Below, one piece after another: positions 8,690 through 19,520 of a DNA stretch of 64,000 nt; position 1 is the stretch's first letter, and each line of letters starts with the position of its first letter. Source of the stretch: a bacterium (GTDB taxonomy: Bacteria > Krumholzibacteriota > Krumholzibacteriia > LZORAL124-64-63). Both the position numbers and the translations under genes were made by a program. Below the pieces are notes generated by a model. That model searched no databases. It saw nothing but the letters and a program-made list of their open reading frames with translations, and was not told where the DNA came from. The DNA is taken from positions 4,077,999-4,141,998 of the forward strand of contig JADJQR010000001.1 in NCBI GenBank assembly GCA_016712675.1, read 5' to 3'.

Positions 8690-9812
8690 AGTCGACTTTC
8701 AGGGGATGTACGGGTTCATCCTACCACATCGGCGCACCAAAGGCAACGCGGACGCCGTTTCCACCCCGAGCGGCGCCAATTCCCCGCGTTCACGGGCCCA
8801 TGCCCCCATCCACCGCTCTGCCGAGGCTACGGCCCATTCCGGTTCCGCTGTCAGGGGATCACTCCCAGCCGTCCGCCGCCGCCCCGCCGTCTGGTCCATC
8901 TCCGGCCAGTCGCCGGTGGCGATCGTCTGGTCGAACCCGAACTCCAGCTGCGGCGGCGATCGCGCCGGCAGCACTACGGGCGGCTGCGTGGGCAGTCGGC
9001 CTGCGGCCGACCGGCGGAAGCCGCTTGGGCACCGATGGCAACCACGCACGTTCGCCGATGACGCCGATGTGCTCGAGGATCCGCTCGACCTGCGGCTGGT
9101 CCAGCACGAACGCGATGTTGCGCATCAACTCACCGCATTTCGGGCATCTCAGGGGGAGGCATTCATAGATCCGCACCAGCAGCAGCGCCCAGCAGCGGGC
9201 CGCGGCGCGGCGCAGTTTCAACAGCGGCGATGACGGATCGGGCTCGGCCGGCTCGGCCGCCGGCAGCCCCATGCTCGCGCGCGCCTGCTCGAGCAGCTGA
9301 AGCGTCGCCCCCGCCGGCCCGGCCGATGCGGTCACCGCCTCGCGCAGCGCCGCAGTGGGCGCCAGCACGCCGCAGTAGCGAGGCTTGTGCAGTCGCGGCG
9401 AGGTCACCAACTGGGCCAGCAGGTCCAGCAGCTCGAGCGGGGTCAGCAACAGTTCGGTGCGGCCGTCGGCGGTCGGGCGGCGCAGGCTGTAGACCAGGGT
9501 CTGTTCGTTGAGGCGGCCCAGGCGCTCCTGGCTCAGCGGCGGCCGGGCGCAGTACCGCACCAGACGCTCGAGGCCCTGGCGGTCCCAGCCCGGGATCGTC
9601 ACCGAGGCGTCGACCGACCAGCCGCCGCCGTGTTCCAGGCTGTCCAGTACGTGAAGGGCATCGTCATCGAGGTGGCCGTGCCGGTGCAGCCAGCGCAGGC
9701 CGCGGTGGCGCATCTTGGCTTGAACCGCTTCGAAGTCATCTCGTTCCAGGTCGAGCGCCGGGTGAAAGACCGCCTCGTCGTCATCGCCGGCGCTGAACAC
9801 GCCGTCGGTCAC
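8690..9812 (-). mobile_element. 5'-truncated copy of the IS91-family element (3' end region plus the C-terminal 317 codons of the transposase)
   Basis: 8859-9812 encodes a polypeptide about 90% identical to residues about 215-470 of the full transposase at 22629-24221, including the zinc-knuckle LPLRCPKCGE. 8690-8858 resembles the element end at 22500-22690. Confidence 0.75.
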
Positions 9813-10090
9813 GCGACGTGCGGACCTGTGTTTCCATGTCAGCGGCGCCGGCGCGTTCGCGACGAGCGAGCGGGTGAACCTGTTCCTGGCCCGGGCGGAC
9901 AGGGTTTCGCTGTGCGGGCCGCTGACGTTGCTCCGTCGCTAGGTCGACCGCGGGCAAGAACCGACGGCCGCCACTGCCTGGCGCAGCGGCGGCCGTCTTG
10001 GTTCGCGAGGCGCGGGGAAACGGAGTCCCCTTGGTCGTCAGTCTACGCGATCTTCCGGAACCGTCGCCGGCCACGACGCCTCCGCGGCGT

Positions 10091-11341
10091 TCAGTTGACC
10101 GATTTCACCAGCCGGAAGCCGATGTTGTGGCCCGAATTTGCCGGCGGTTCGCCGCCGATTCTCGCGGCCGAGCGGCAGTACGCGGCACCGTCCACCCAGC
10201 TTCCCCCGCGGCGGATCCGAATCGTGCCGGAACTCGCCCCGACCGGATCGACGACGGTGTCCGTCCCGTAGGCCCCGTACCAGTCGTTGCAGAACTCCCA
10301 CATGTTGCCATGCATGTCGTAGAGCCCGGCGGCGTTGGCCGTCTTGCCGGCGCCGGCGTGCACGACACTGCTGGCGTTGCAGCTGAACCAGCCGACCGCG
10401 GCCAGATTCGGGTCCGTCGGGCTGCAGTTGGTGGACGTGATGGCGCCATTGCAGAACGCCGTCGTGCTTCCCGCCCGGCACGCGTATTCCCATTCGGCCT
10501 CGGTGGGCAGCCGATAGCCTCGCGCGTCATACGGGGCGCCCGCGTTGCACGACCACGTCACATGATCGTAGGCCGGGGTGCGTCCTTCGCGGAGGCTCAG
10601 CCAGTCGCAGTACGCCGCCGCCCCGTACCAGGTGGCCTCCTTCACGGGCAACGTCGGAGCTGTCGTGCTGAACTGGCCTGCGGCCGCGTTGTAGTCGATC
10701 GCACAGTCGCTGTCGTCCAGATCCAGCAGTTCGCGGGTCGAGCCCATGTTGTCCACGACGGACAAGGCGGTGGCCGTCACGTATCCCTGGTCCTTGGCCC
10801 ATTGGACCAGTTCCATGAACTGCTGGTTCGTGACTTCCGTCTCCTGGATGTCGAAGCCATGCGTGAGCTGCACCTCATGCTGAACCTCGTCCGACTGGCG
10901 TCCGAGTTCACCGGCGGGGCTGCCCATGGTGAAAGTCCCCGCATCCAGGCGCCGGAACCCGGCCGGGATGCTCCCGCAGCCGTCATCCGCATACACGCGC
11001 ACCACCAGCTGGTTGGACTCGACATAGCCGATATCGGCGCCCGCATCCCAGCGCGCCGTCCGCTGCGTGCCGGGCACGACCCCGGCTCCTGCCTCGCCGG
11101 AGACGGCGTCGCACTCGCCGTCGAACGACTGTCCACCATTGATGGAGTAGACGAGGGTGATGAAGAGCGGATCCCCGTCGGCATCCGCCACGTCGTACGT
11201 GATGTCAACGAGTCCGGTGTGCGCGACCGGCGCGGCCACGACGTTGGACACCACCGGCTGCGTGTTGGCGAGGACGCCCCCGGCCGCAAGCAGGGAGAGA
11301 ACCGTTGCTAGAGCGATCGTTCGCAGGCTCATGATCCACAC
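10091..11341 (-). CDS. Secreted FGE-sulfatase (SUMF1/formylglycine-generating enzyme) domain protein with an N-terminal Ig-like domain
   Basis: Signal peptide. FGE-domain motifs GYRLPTEAEWEYACRAGS, LYDMHGNMWEFCNDWY and RGGSWVDGAAYCRSAAR. Confidence 0.75.
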   Translation of the reverse strand: MWIMSLRTIALATVLSLLAAGGVLANTQPVVSNVVAAPVAHTGLVDITYDVADADGDPLFITLVYSINGGQSFDGECDAVSGEAGAGVVPGTQRTARWDAGADIGYVESNQLVVRVYADDGCGSIPAGFRRLDAGTFTMGSPAGELGRQSDEVQHEVQLTHGFDIQETEVTNQQFMELVQWAKDQGYVTATALSVVDNMGSTRELLDLDDSDCAIDYNAAAGQFSTTAPTLPVKEATWYGAAAYCDWLSLREGRTPAYDHVTWSCNAGAPYDARGYRLPTEAEWEYACRAGSTTAFCNGAITSTNCSPTDPNLAAVGWFSCNASSVVHAGAGKTANAAGLYDMHGNMWEFCNDWYGAYGTDTVVDPVGASSGTIRIRRGGSWVDGAAYCRSAARIGGEPPANSGHNIGFRLVKSVN

Positions 11342-11362
11342 TCCATTCCCGTGCCAGGGTTG

Positions 11363-14032
11363 CTACTTGACCAGTACTACGCGCTCGACGTCGGCGTCGC
11401 CGCGGTGCTCGAGCTTCACGAAGTACACACCCGAAGCCACGCGCTCGCCGCGCTCGTCGAGCCCATCCCAAGTCAGGCGATAGGTGCCCGGCGACTGGGC
11501 CTCGCTGAGCAGCAGCCGGACCATCCGGCCGGCGACGTCGTAGATGGCCAGCTTCAGGTTCGCCCCGTCGCTGGCCGAGTACGGGATCGTGATCGTCGGA
11601 TTGAAAGGATTGGGATACGGCGTGCCCAGGACCGCCGTGGCGCGCGCCATATCCCCGGTCCCGGCGACGATCTGCAGCGTGAACGGCAGCGAGTCGCCGG
11701 CCCCGATCCCGCTGAGGTCGATGGCGAAGACGACGGTGTCGCCGTAGGGCAACGCCGGCACGTCGGACTCGAAGTTCGCCGTGATCGTCCTGTCGGTGTT
11801 CATCACCACGGTCAGGGGATTGGTGTTCAAGCCCCCGGTATCGCCGGACCAGCCGGTCCATGTGTAACCGGTCGCGGGAATCGCCGTCAGCTGGACCGTG
11901 GTACCGGGCGCGTAGGCCGCGGATTCCGGCACCACCTGGACCTGGCCGCCAGAGACCGGCGACGCGCTCACCGACAGCACGAAGGACGTCGCGAGAGCGA
12001 AGGAAACGGCGATGGTGTGGTCCGCCGTGACATCGTCGAAGACATAGGTCGACTGCGGGGGCGCCGCGGCGCCGTCGACGGTGAGGCTCGCGATCGCGTA
12101 GCCGGGGTCGGGTGTCATGACGAAGACCTGATCCGAACCGTCGGCGACCGACACGGCGCCGCTCGGCTCAATGGAGCCGTTGGCGCCGGCGGTGGCGACG
12201 ATGGTGTGGGAGACCGCGGCGAAGGTGACGCTGATCGTGTGGTCCGTGGTGACGTTGTTGAACGTGTGGCTGGTCGCCGGCGCGAGGTTCGTGCCGTCGA
12301 TCACCAGCGTGGCGACCCCGTAGCCCGCGTCCGGCGTGATCGTGAAGCTGGCGTCCGTGCCGCGCAGAACATTGACGGCGCCGGACGGCGAGATCACGCC
12401 GTGCGGACCGGCGCTCGCGGTTATCGTCACCGTGGGATCCGCGGAGCATCCGTAGTGGGCGAACACCTGTTGCGTCGCCGAGGTGTTCCCCGATTCCGTG
12501 ATCAGGGCCGCCGCCAGTTCGTCGGCATTCTTCGGTTCGAAGCGCTTGATGACGTCATTGAAGAGCCGGTCGATCCCGAGAGACAGCCCATCCTGGGTCT
12601 CGCTGCCGGAGTCCATTGCGTCCCAGAGGATGCTGGCGAGCGAACCCTCGGTCACGCAACCGTCATCGGAGATGCCGTCGTTGAGGTAGAAGCTGTTCGT
12701 TTCGATGTCGCCGTTGCCATAACAGGGGTCCCACTGGTTGGCGGGACGCGAGTCGATGGCGCACGAGACGAACTCGGCCCACCCCTCGGTGAACGCGAAT
12801 TCGGGACAGGAGGCCATGGACGGCCAGTGGTAGTCGGACGGCACGGAGCCGCAGTCCGTCGGCTGCGTGTACGAACATGACGGCAGAGTGCCGTAGGCGC
12901 GACACTGGACATGGTGGCCGTATTCGTGATGGATCGGTTCTCGTGTCACGTCGTAGAAGGTCGCCAGCGGCAACTCGATGATGCTGGGGCACGTGTACCA
13001 GGGCCACGTGCCGGTGGGGAAGGTCACGTTGACGGCCGACAGGGACGTGCCCGTCTCTCCGTTGAAATAGCTCCAGGCGTCCTGCACCGCGCCCTGGATG
13101 GCAAAGGCCTGCCAGATCAACTCGGGTCCCATCTCACGGTCGATGTTGAGATCCGACAACACGATCATGCTGCCGGAATCTATCTGGTCGGTCTCGAAGG
13201 TGATCCAATACGGTGAGCCGCCCTCGGATTCGACCACAACGTGACGATTCGCGCTCGTGTTGCTGGTCGTGAACAGCATGATGCGTACGACGCAGGGAAA
13301 GACCTGATCCCAGGTCCCGGTTACGTACGAGCCGTCAGCCTGCAGGTCGCCGACGCTCCGGGTGGTCCAGGAACCGGAGCTGACCGGCCTCGTGGAGACC
13401 TCGACCTTGGCTCGCGGCAATCGCCGTTCCGCCACTGTGTCGTCATCGGGGAGGCGATCGTAGGTCGTCTTGGCGATGGTGACCTGGAAGGTCGACTTGC
13501 CGTCGCTCGGCTCCACGACGCCGTCCACGCGAATCGGTTGAGGTTCGCCCATGGTCTCCCGGTACCAGGCGAGATACTGTTCGGGCGTCGCCGCCCGCGG
13601 CTGTGGGCCGCGCAGGTCGAGGTATTGGCTGACCGACGATTCCATCGGGAAACCGCTGGCGCTCGAGCCGCTGAACCGCAGGACGAGGCGGGCGAAGGCC
13701 GACGGCGGCTCGTCGCACGAAGCGGAGAACTCCAGCGGCTCGCCGGCGGCCAGCAGCCCCTCCGGCGCGGTCGCGGGGGCGAGCCGACCGGACGGCCCCA
13801 GTTCGACCGACTTCAGTTGCATATCGGCCAGGGTGGTTCCCCGCCAGACCAGCTGGAGGCGAGGCGTGCCGGCATCGTCACGGCGCGCCTCGAACGAGCC
13901 GGTCACCAGCGGCTTCCTGAGGGCCGCGGATATGGCAGGTGGCGCGCCCGTCGCCTCGACCAGGATGGCGGCAAGCAGCGCGAGTCCCACTGCCAACAGC
14001 GAGCGGGTTTTCACAGGCCCGGGGTGTTTCAT
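11363..14032 (-). CDS. Secreted HExxH zinc metallopeptidase with tandem Ig-like repeats and a C-terminal FlgD-Ig/T9SS-like sorting domain
   Basis: Start at MKHPGPVKTRSLLAVGLALLAAILV (Met at 14032). HEYGHHVQ zinc-binding motif. Repeated ~90-aa modules (ISVTFAAVSHTIVATAGANGSIEPSG...). C-terminal NPFNPTITIPY...IYDVAGRMVRLL...WDGLDERGERVASGVYFVKL. Confidence 0.75.
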   Translation of the reverse strand: MKHPGPVKTRSLLAVGLALLAAILVEATGAPPAISAALRKPLVTGSFEARRDDAGTPRLQLVWRGTTLADMQLKSVELGPSGRLAPATAPEGLLAAGEPLEFSASCDEPPSAFARLVLRFSGSSASGFPMESSVSQYLDLRGPQPRAATPEQYLAWYRETMGEPQPIRVDGVVEPSDGKSTFQVTIAKTTYDRLPDDDTVAERRLPRAKVEVSTRPVSSGSWTTRSVGDLQADGSYVTGTWDQVFPCVVRIMLFTTSNTSANRHVVVESEGGSPYWITFETDQIDSGSMIVLSDLNIDREMGPELIWQAFAIQGAVQDAWSYFNGETGTSLSAVNVTFPTGTWPWYTCPSIIELPLATFYDVTREPIHHEYGHHVQCRAYGTLPSCSYTQPTDCGSVPSDYHWPSMASCPEFAFTEGWAEFVSCAIDSRPANQWDPCYGNGDIETNSFYLNDGISDDGCVTEGSLASILWDAMDSGSETQDGLSLGIDRLFNDVIKRFEPKNADELAAALITESGNTSATQQVFAHYGCSADPTVTITASAGPHGVISPSGAVNVLRGTDASFTITPDAGYGVATLVIDGTNLAPATSHTFNNVTTDHTISVTFAAVSHTIVATAGANGSIEPSGAVSVADGSDQVFVMTPDPGYAIASLTVDGAAAPPQSTYVFDDVTADHTIAVSFALATSFVLSVSASPVSGGQVQVVPESAAYAPGTTVQLTAIPATGYTWTGWSGDTGGLNTNPLTVVMNTDRTITANFESDVPALPYGDTVVFAIDLSGIGAGDSLPFTLQIVAGTGDMARATAVLGTPYPNPFNPTITIPYSASDGANLKLAIYDVAGRMVRLLLSEAQSPGTYRLTWDGLDERGERVASGVYFVKLEHRGDADVERVVLVK

Positions 14033-14747
14033 GTGATGCACTCTCCGGTAAGGGGGTTCTGGGCGCAGGCGGGTCTCCCGGCATGATTCGCGCGATGGCG
14101 TGTGAGAGGCCCGCTGGACGCGCCGCACGGCGACATCCAACAGCACGTGGCATGCCCGTCACGACGCGCAGAAGGCTGCGAGTCTGCGCTCCTGCAAGAT
14201 GCGTAACGGCAGCGATGTACGTGCGGGGAGCCCTTGCGAGCGGTGACGTGCGGGCATGGCGAGGCGGTTCGGCGACTCCGGTTGGCGGACCGGCGCGTAC
14301 GAATCCCGGACTGGTGCCTTGAAGGCGGTCCCGACCCTGGTCCACGAGCGGGCCCGGTTCACCGGCCGCGGCGGTCGAGCGGCAGAGCGTTGCGTCATGG
14401 GGAACCGCCGGAGCCGCATGGACGTGCGTCGGTAGGAACTGGCACGGCACGCCCACGCAATCCGCCGCCCGCTGTCGACAGTCATGTTCGTCGGCAGCGG
14501 CACCCTGGTGAGATCCTGCGGAGAACGGCTGCTCCACCGGCAGTCGCCGCAGGGAACGAGTTGCGTCTCCCGATGCCCCGAGTCACAGCCGAGACCAGCA
14601 AGATGCGGGTGGGATCGGCCCAGGGTTGGCGCAAGAGCCCTGCCCGTCGGCTATCAGACGGCGCGCAGCCGATTTCTGGTTTCAGCATCAACCCCAAGAC
14701 AATAGCGGGCAACTGCCATCGCCGTTGCCGATCGACAACCCTCGGCG

Positions 14748-15165
14748 GATAGGAGTTTCAACCCACCATTCCCCCTCGCCAAACCCTCGCGAGAGCCCTC
14801 CGACACTCCCTGAGTATCCCGCGCCGGAGCCCCTGAAGTCGATCGACCCGCCCCAATCCCCCACCCAGTCGCCGATCTCGCCCTGCACAGGGCCGATTCC
14901 GCCCCTTCGCGGACACACGCCCCCATCCGCCGCCCTGCCGAAGCCGCGGCCCGACACCGTTCGCCTGTCAGGGGATCACTCCCAGCCGTCCGCCGCCGCC
15001 CCGCCGTCTGGTCCATCTCCGGCCAGTCGCCGGTGGCGATCGTCTGGTCGAACCCGAACTCCAGCTGCGGCGGCGATCGCGCCGGCAGCACCGTCGGGGG
15101 CTGCGTCGGCTCGCCGATGTGCTCGAGGATGCGCTCGATCACCGGCCGGTCCAGCACGAACGCGG
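14748..15165 (-). mobile_element. IS91-family 3'-end remnant (tnp C-terminus with internal deletion plus the downstream element end)
   Basis: The ORF 14654-15157 begins MLDRPVIERILEHIG, matching FVLDRPVIERILEHIG of the full transposase. 14748-14975 aligns with 22440-22690. Confidence 0.6.
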
Positions 15166-15222
15166 AAAATGAACGTCATCTCGTTATACAATATGAACAT
15201 ATCGACAAGCAATAATATATTG

Positions 15223-15251
15223 TTGACATACGAGATTGTTGTGCCCATAAT
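15223..15251 (+). promoter_or_regulatory. Sigma70-like promoter: TTGACA, 17-bp spacer, CATAAT, in an AT-rich island upstream of the DUF2975 gene
   Basis: Hexamers and spacing read in the sequence. A GGAGG ribosome-binding site lies 6 nt before the ATG at 15289. Confidence 0.4.
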
Positions 15252-15288
15252 GGTCCCAGGCATTCCACCTCAATACGGAGGTCCCAAC

Positions 15289-15930
15289 ATGGCGAGCCTC
15301 TATTCCGGTCAGGGCGTTCGCTGGTTGCACCGTCTGCTCTCCCTGTCCTACTGCCTCGTCGTCATACTGGCGGTTGTGATGGCGGTCTGGTTGCTCGTGT
15401 CGCTGCCAGTGTGGTACCCCGACGCACCGCGTGTGCCGTTGCTGGGCATGGTCTTGGTGCCCGCCGCAGCATGGCCGACGCTCGCGACGGCACCCGCCGC
15501 CGGTGTCTCCGAACTCGAAATCGTCGAGGTGCATGGAATACTCAGGGCGCGTTTCGAGAACCCGTGGAACCATTGGGTGTTCCTGTTCATCTTCTCGCTG
15601 GGTGTGGGACTCTGCGCCGTGGTGCTGTTCCTGCTCCTGAAGATCGTGGGCAGCATCGCGGACAGAGACGTTTTCACCCGAGCCAATGCCCGGCGCCTGC
15701 GCTGGTTGGGGCTGGCGCTGGTGGTCGAGGCTGTGGCAAGCCCGGTCGCGGTCTACGCCATGTCACGCCTGGCCATCGACGGTGTGACGGTCGCGGGAGC
15801 GCCGTTCGCCGTCGACTGGAAATCCGAATTCGATTGGACCTCCTTCGTGGGCGCCTGGATTGTACTCATTCTCAGCGAGGTCTTCCGACAGGGCGCCGAC
15901 CTGCGAGACGACCAGTCTCTGACCGTGTGA
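15289..15930 (+). CDS. DUF2975-family membrane protein
   Basis: Four predicted transmembrane segments. It is in the typical pairing with a downstream small XRE HTH regulator (4-bp gap). Confidence 0.65.
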   Translation: MASLYSGQGVRWLHRLLSLSYCLVVILAVVMAVWLLVSLPVWYPDAPRVPLLGMVLVPAAAWPTLATAPAAGVSELEIVEVHGILRARFENPWNHWVFLFIFSLGVGLCAVVLFLLLKIVGSIADRDVFTRANARRLRWLGLALVVEAVASPVAVYAMSRLAIDGVTVAGAPFAVDWKSEFDWTSFVGAWIVLILSEVFRQGADLRDDQSLTV

Positions 15931-15939
15931 AGGAGCGCC

Positions 15940-16173
15940 ATGCCGATCCGGATCAATCTCGATCTGATGATGGTGCGGCGTGGGATCTCGTTGACCGAGC
16001 TGTCCGAGCGCGTCGGCATCACGATGGCCAACTTGTCGATCCTCAAGAACAACAGGGCCAGAGCCGTTCGCTTCTCGACGCTGGAAGCGCTGTGTCGAGA
16101 ACTGCACTGCCAGCCGGGGGAACTGCTGGAATTCGCACCCGGTGCGGCAGCAACTGACGGTCAGGAGATCTGA
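15940..16173 (+). CDS. XRE-family helix-turn-helix transcriptional regulator
   Basis: The sequence ISLTELSERVGITMANLSILKNNRARAVRFSTLEALCRELHCQPGELL matches the Cro/C1-type HTH. Confidence 0.75.
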   Translation: MPIRINLDLMMVRRGISLTELSERVGITMANLSILKNNRARAVRFSTLEALCRELHCQPGELLEFAPGAAATDGQEI

Positions 16174-16290
16174 CTCGCGAGTGCGGCGCCGGCTGTGCAT
16201 TCCTTGACCAAACATCATATTGGCCCTCCGCCTTGGTCAAGATCTCGTTACCAAGCGAATCAAACCCCAGCGCCGGACAGGAGAACGCCC

Positions 16291-16500
16291 ATGGACAGGT
16301 AGATCGGGTTGGATGCCCACACATCAAGCTGCGCGGTCGCCGTCGTCGGCCCCAGCGGCCGGCGACTCACCTCCCAGGTCGTCGAAACCAACGCCAGAGC
16401 TTTCGTCTCGGCCATCGAGGCGGGCAAGACCACCCTGCCAACGGCCGCTGCGAACACATCCTTCGCCTCCGGTCAGCGCATCAGGCTGATCTTCGTCATC
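16291..16500 (+). pseudogene. Possible N-terminal fragment of a second IS110-family transposase
   Basis: IGLDAHTSSCAVAVVGPSGRRLTSQVVETNARAFVSAIEA resembles the IS110 N-terminus (VGLDVHK..IAVAV). A stop codon lies upstream and there is no C-terminal domain. Confidence 0.3.
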
Positions 16501-17265
16501 TCTACCAGGCCGCCGAACTCAAGTCGCGCCAGGTAGCTGCCCGAGCCCATTTCCCTGCCGGTCGCATCCCGCCCGTCCCAGACCGCTTCGTGGCTGCCCT
16601 GGGGCCTGTTCTCGTCGACCAGTGTACGCACGAGTCGACCGGCCACATCAAACACCGTCAGGCGTACGGCTCCATCCGTCGGGATGGCGAACTGAATGGT
16701 CGTTCGCGGATTGAAGGGGTTCGGAATCCCGGAACGAAGCCGTAGAGCAGCCGCCGATTCCCTCGGAGGCACCGCACTGGCGCCTGTGAGCACCATTGCC
16801 TGCGTCTCCACAACTCGACCGATCACCGCTTGCAATTCCGCCGGGCAGGTGCCAGGCGCGCAGTCTACCCATTCGTACGGAATCCAATCCTCAACCATTT
16901 TGACGGGGCCGATATCTGGAACGTAGTAGACATGTCCGCGAATCGAGCCGGAAGCTGTCCCGACACTGTTCCCGCTTTCGTCTACCAACGGCCTGACACC
17001 CAGGTCTAGGTTGTACGCAACATCAACCGCATCCATGAAGACTCCAGCCATCGTCGACACGGTATCGGCTGTCGATACGACTGTGCTACTGAGGGTCCAA
17101 CCAGTGAGACTCGGCGAAACGGGAGTGGTAAGCGTGGCGCCCACCGCGAGATCCGCGCCAAGATACATCCAGATAACCTCGTCGAACTCCGCAGACCACA
17201 GAAAGATACTCGCTGCTGTCTTGAAGAAGATCCCGCCCGAAAGGAGCATCGGGCCGCACGGAAGT
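16473..17265 (-). pseudogene. C-terminal fragment of a secreted protein carrying the FlgD-Ig/T9SS-like sorting domain; the 5' part was lost at the junction with an IS91 fragment
   Basis: C-terminal NPFNPRTTIQFAIPTDGAVRLTVFDVAGRLVRTLVDE...WDGRDATGREMGSGSYLARL. There is no signal peptide, and the apparent N-terminus is IS91-derived sequence. Confidence 0.5.
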
Positions 17266-17760
17266 TCAGATCCGCATTGGCTCACCGCACTTCGGGCATC
17301 TCAGGGGAAGGCATTCGTAGATCCGCACCAGCAGCAGCGCCCAGCAGCGGGCCGCGGCGCGGCGCAGGTTCGTCAGCGGCGATGGCGCCTCAGGCTCGGC
17401 CGGCTTGGCGGGCGGCAGCCCCATGCTAGCTCGCGCCTGCTCGAGCAGCTGCAGCGTCGCTCCCGCCGGCCCGGCCGATGCGGTCACCGCCTCGCGCAGC
17501 GCCGCGTTCGGCGCCAGCACTCCGCAGTAGCGATGCTTGTGCAGGCGGGGCGGGGTCACCATCTGGGCCAGCAGGTCCAGCAGCTCGAGCGGGGTCAGCA
17601 GCAGTTCGGTGCGACCGTCGGCGATCGGGCGGCGCAGGCTGTAGACCAGGGTCTGTTCGTTGAGGCGGCCCGGGCGCTCCTGGCTCAGCGGCGGCCGGGC
17701 GCAGTACCGCACCAGACGCTCGAGGCCCTGGCGGTCCCAGCCCGGGATCGGAGCGCGCTG
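17266..17760 (-). mobile_element. Internal IS91-family transposase fragment (about 160 codons ending ...LPLRCPKCGEPMRI)
   Basis: High identity to residues about 280-440 of the transposase at 22629-24221. It is truncated at both ends. Confidence 0.7.
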
Positions 17761-18054
17761 TCGGACTGCCTCTGGGTCGACTGCGGGGCGATCACCACGG
17801 TGACGTTCGCCGACGCCGCGCTCGAGCAGGCCGTGCGCTCGCACGTGCACAAGCCGGCGGGCGGCCTGACCACCACCGACGTGGACACGCTGCACCACCT
17901 GGTGGCGCCGGCGCTGGGGATCGTGTCGCTGGAGGGCCTGCAGGCCTGCGCGTCGCTGCTGACGGCGCGGCTGCGGGGCAACGCCATCGTCGACCTTGGG
18001 CCACTGCATGAACTGGTGAACCTGGGCGACCTCTACCTGAACAACAACGAGGTC
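17750..18054 (+). pseudogene. Leucine-rich-repeat protein gene, upstream fragment (interrupted by IS3 at 18055)
   Basis: LxxLxLxxNxIxDLxPL periodicity (LTARLRGNAIVDLGPLHELVNLGDLYLNNNEV). The reading frame continues exactly across the IS at 19364. Confidence 0.45.
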
Positions 18055-18104
18055 TGAACCGCCCCGGGATTGCCGGAGACTCCATTCTTTGAGAGGATGG
18101 GGTA

Positions 18105-19333
<1,229 letters not shown>

Positions 19334-19363
19334 CGGAGGCTCCGGAAAAGTCGGGGCGGTTCA

Positions 19364-19520
19364 GTCAGCGACCTGCAGCCGCTGGTTGGGGCACCGACGC
19401 TGCACCAGCTGCATCTGATCGGCAACCCGCTGTCGGCGGCGGCGGTGTCGGTGCAGATTCCGGCGCTGGAGGGGCGGGGGGTGGTGGTGATCCGGAACGG
19501 TCTTCGCGCTACCGCAAGAT
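19364..19520 (+). pseudogene. Leucine-rich-repeat gene, downstream fragment after the IS3 insertion
   Basis: VSDLQPLVGAPTLHQLHLIGNPLSAAAVSVQIPALEGRG continues the LRR frame. Its 3' extent is uncertain because it overlaps the convergent amidase gene. Confidence 0.4.
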
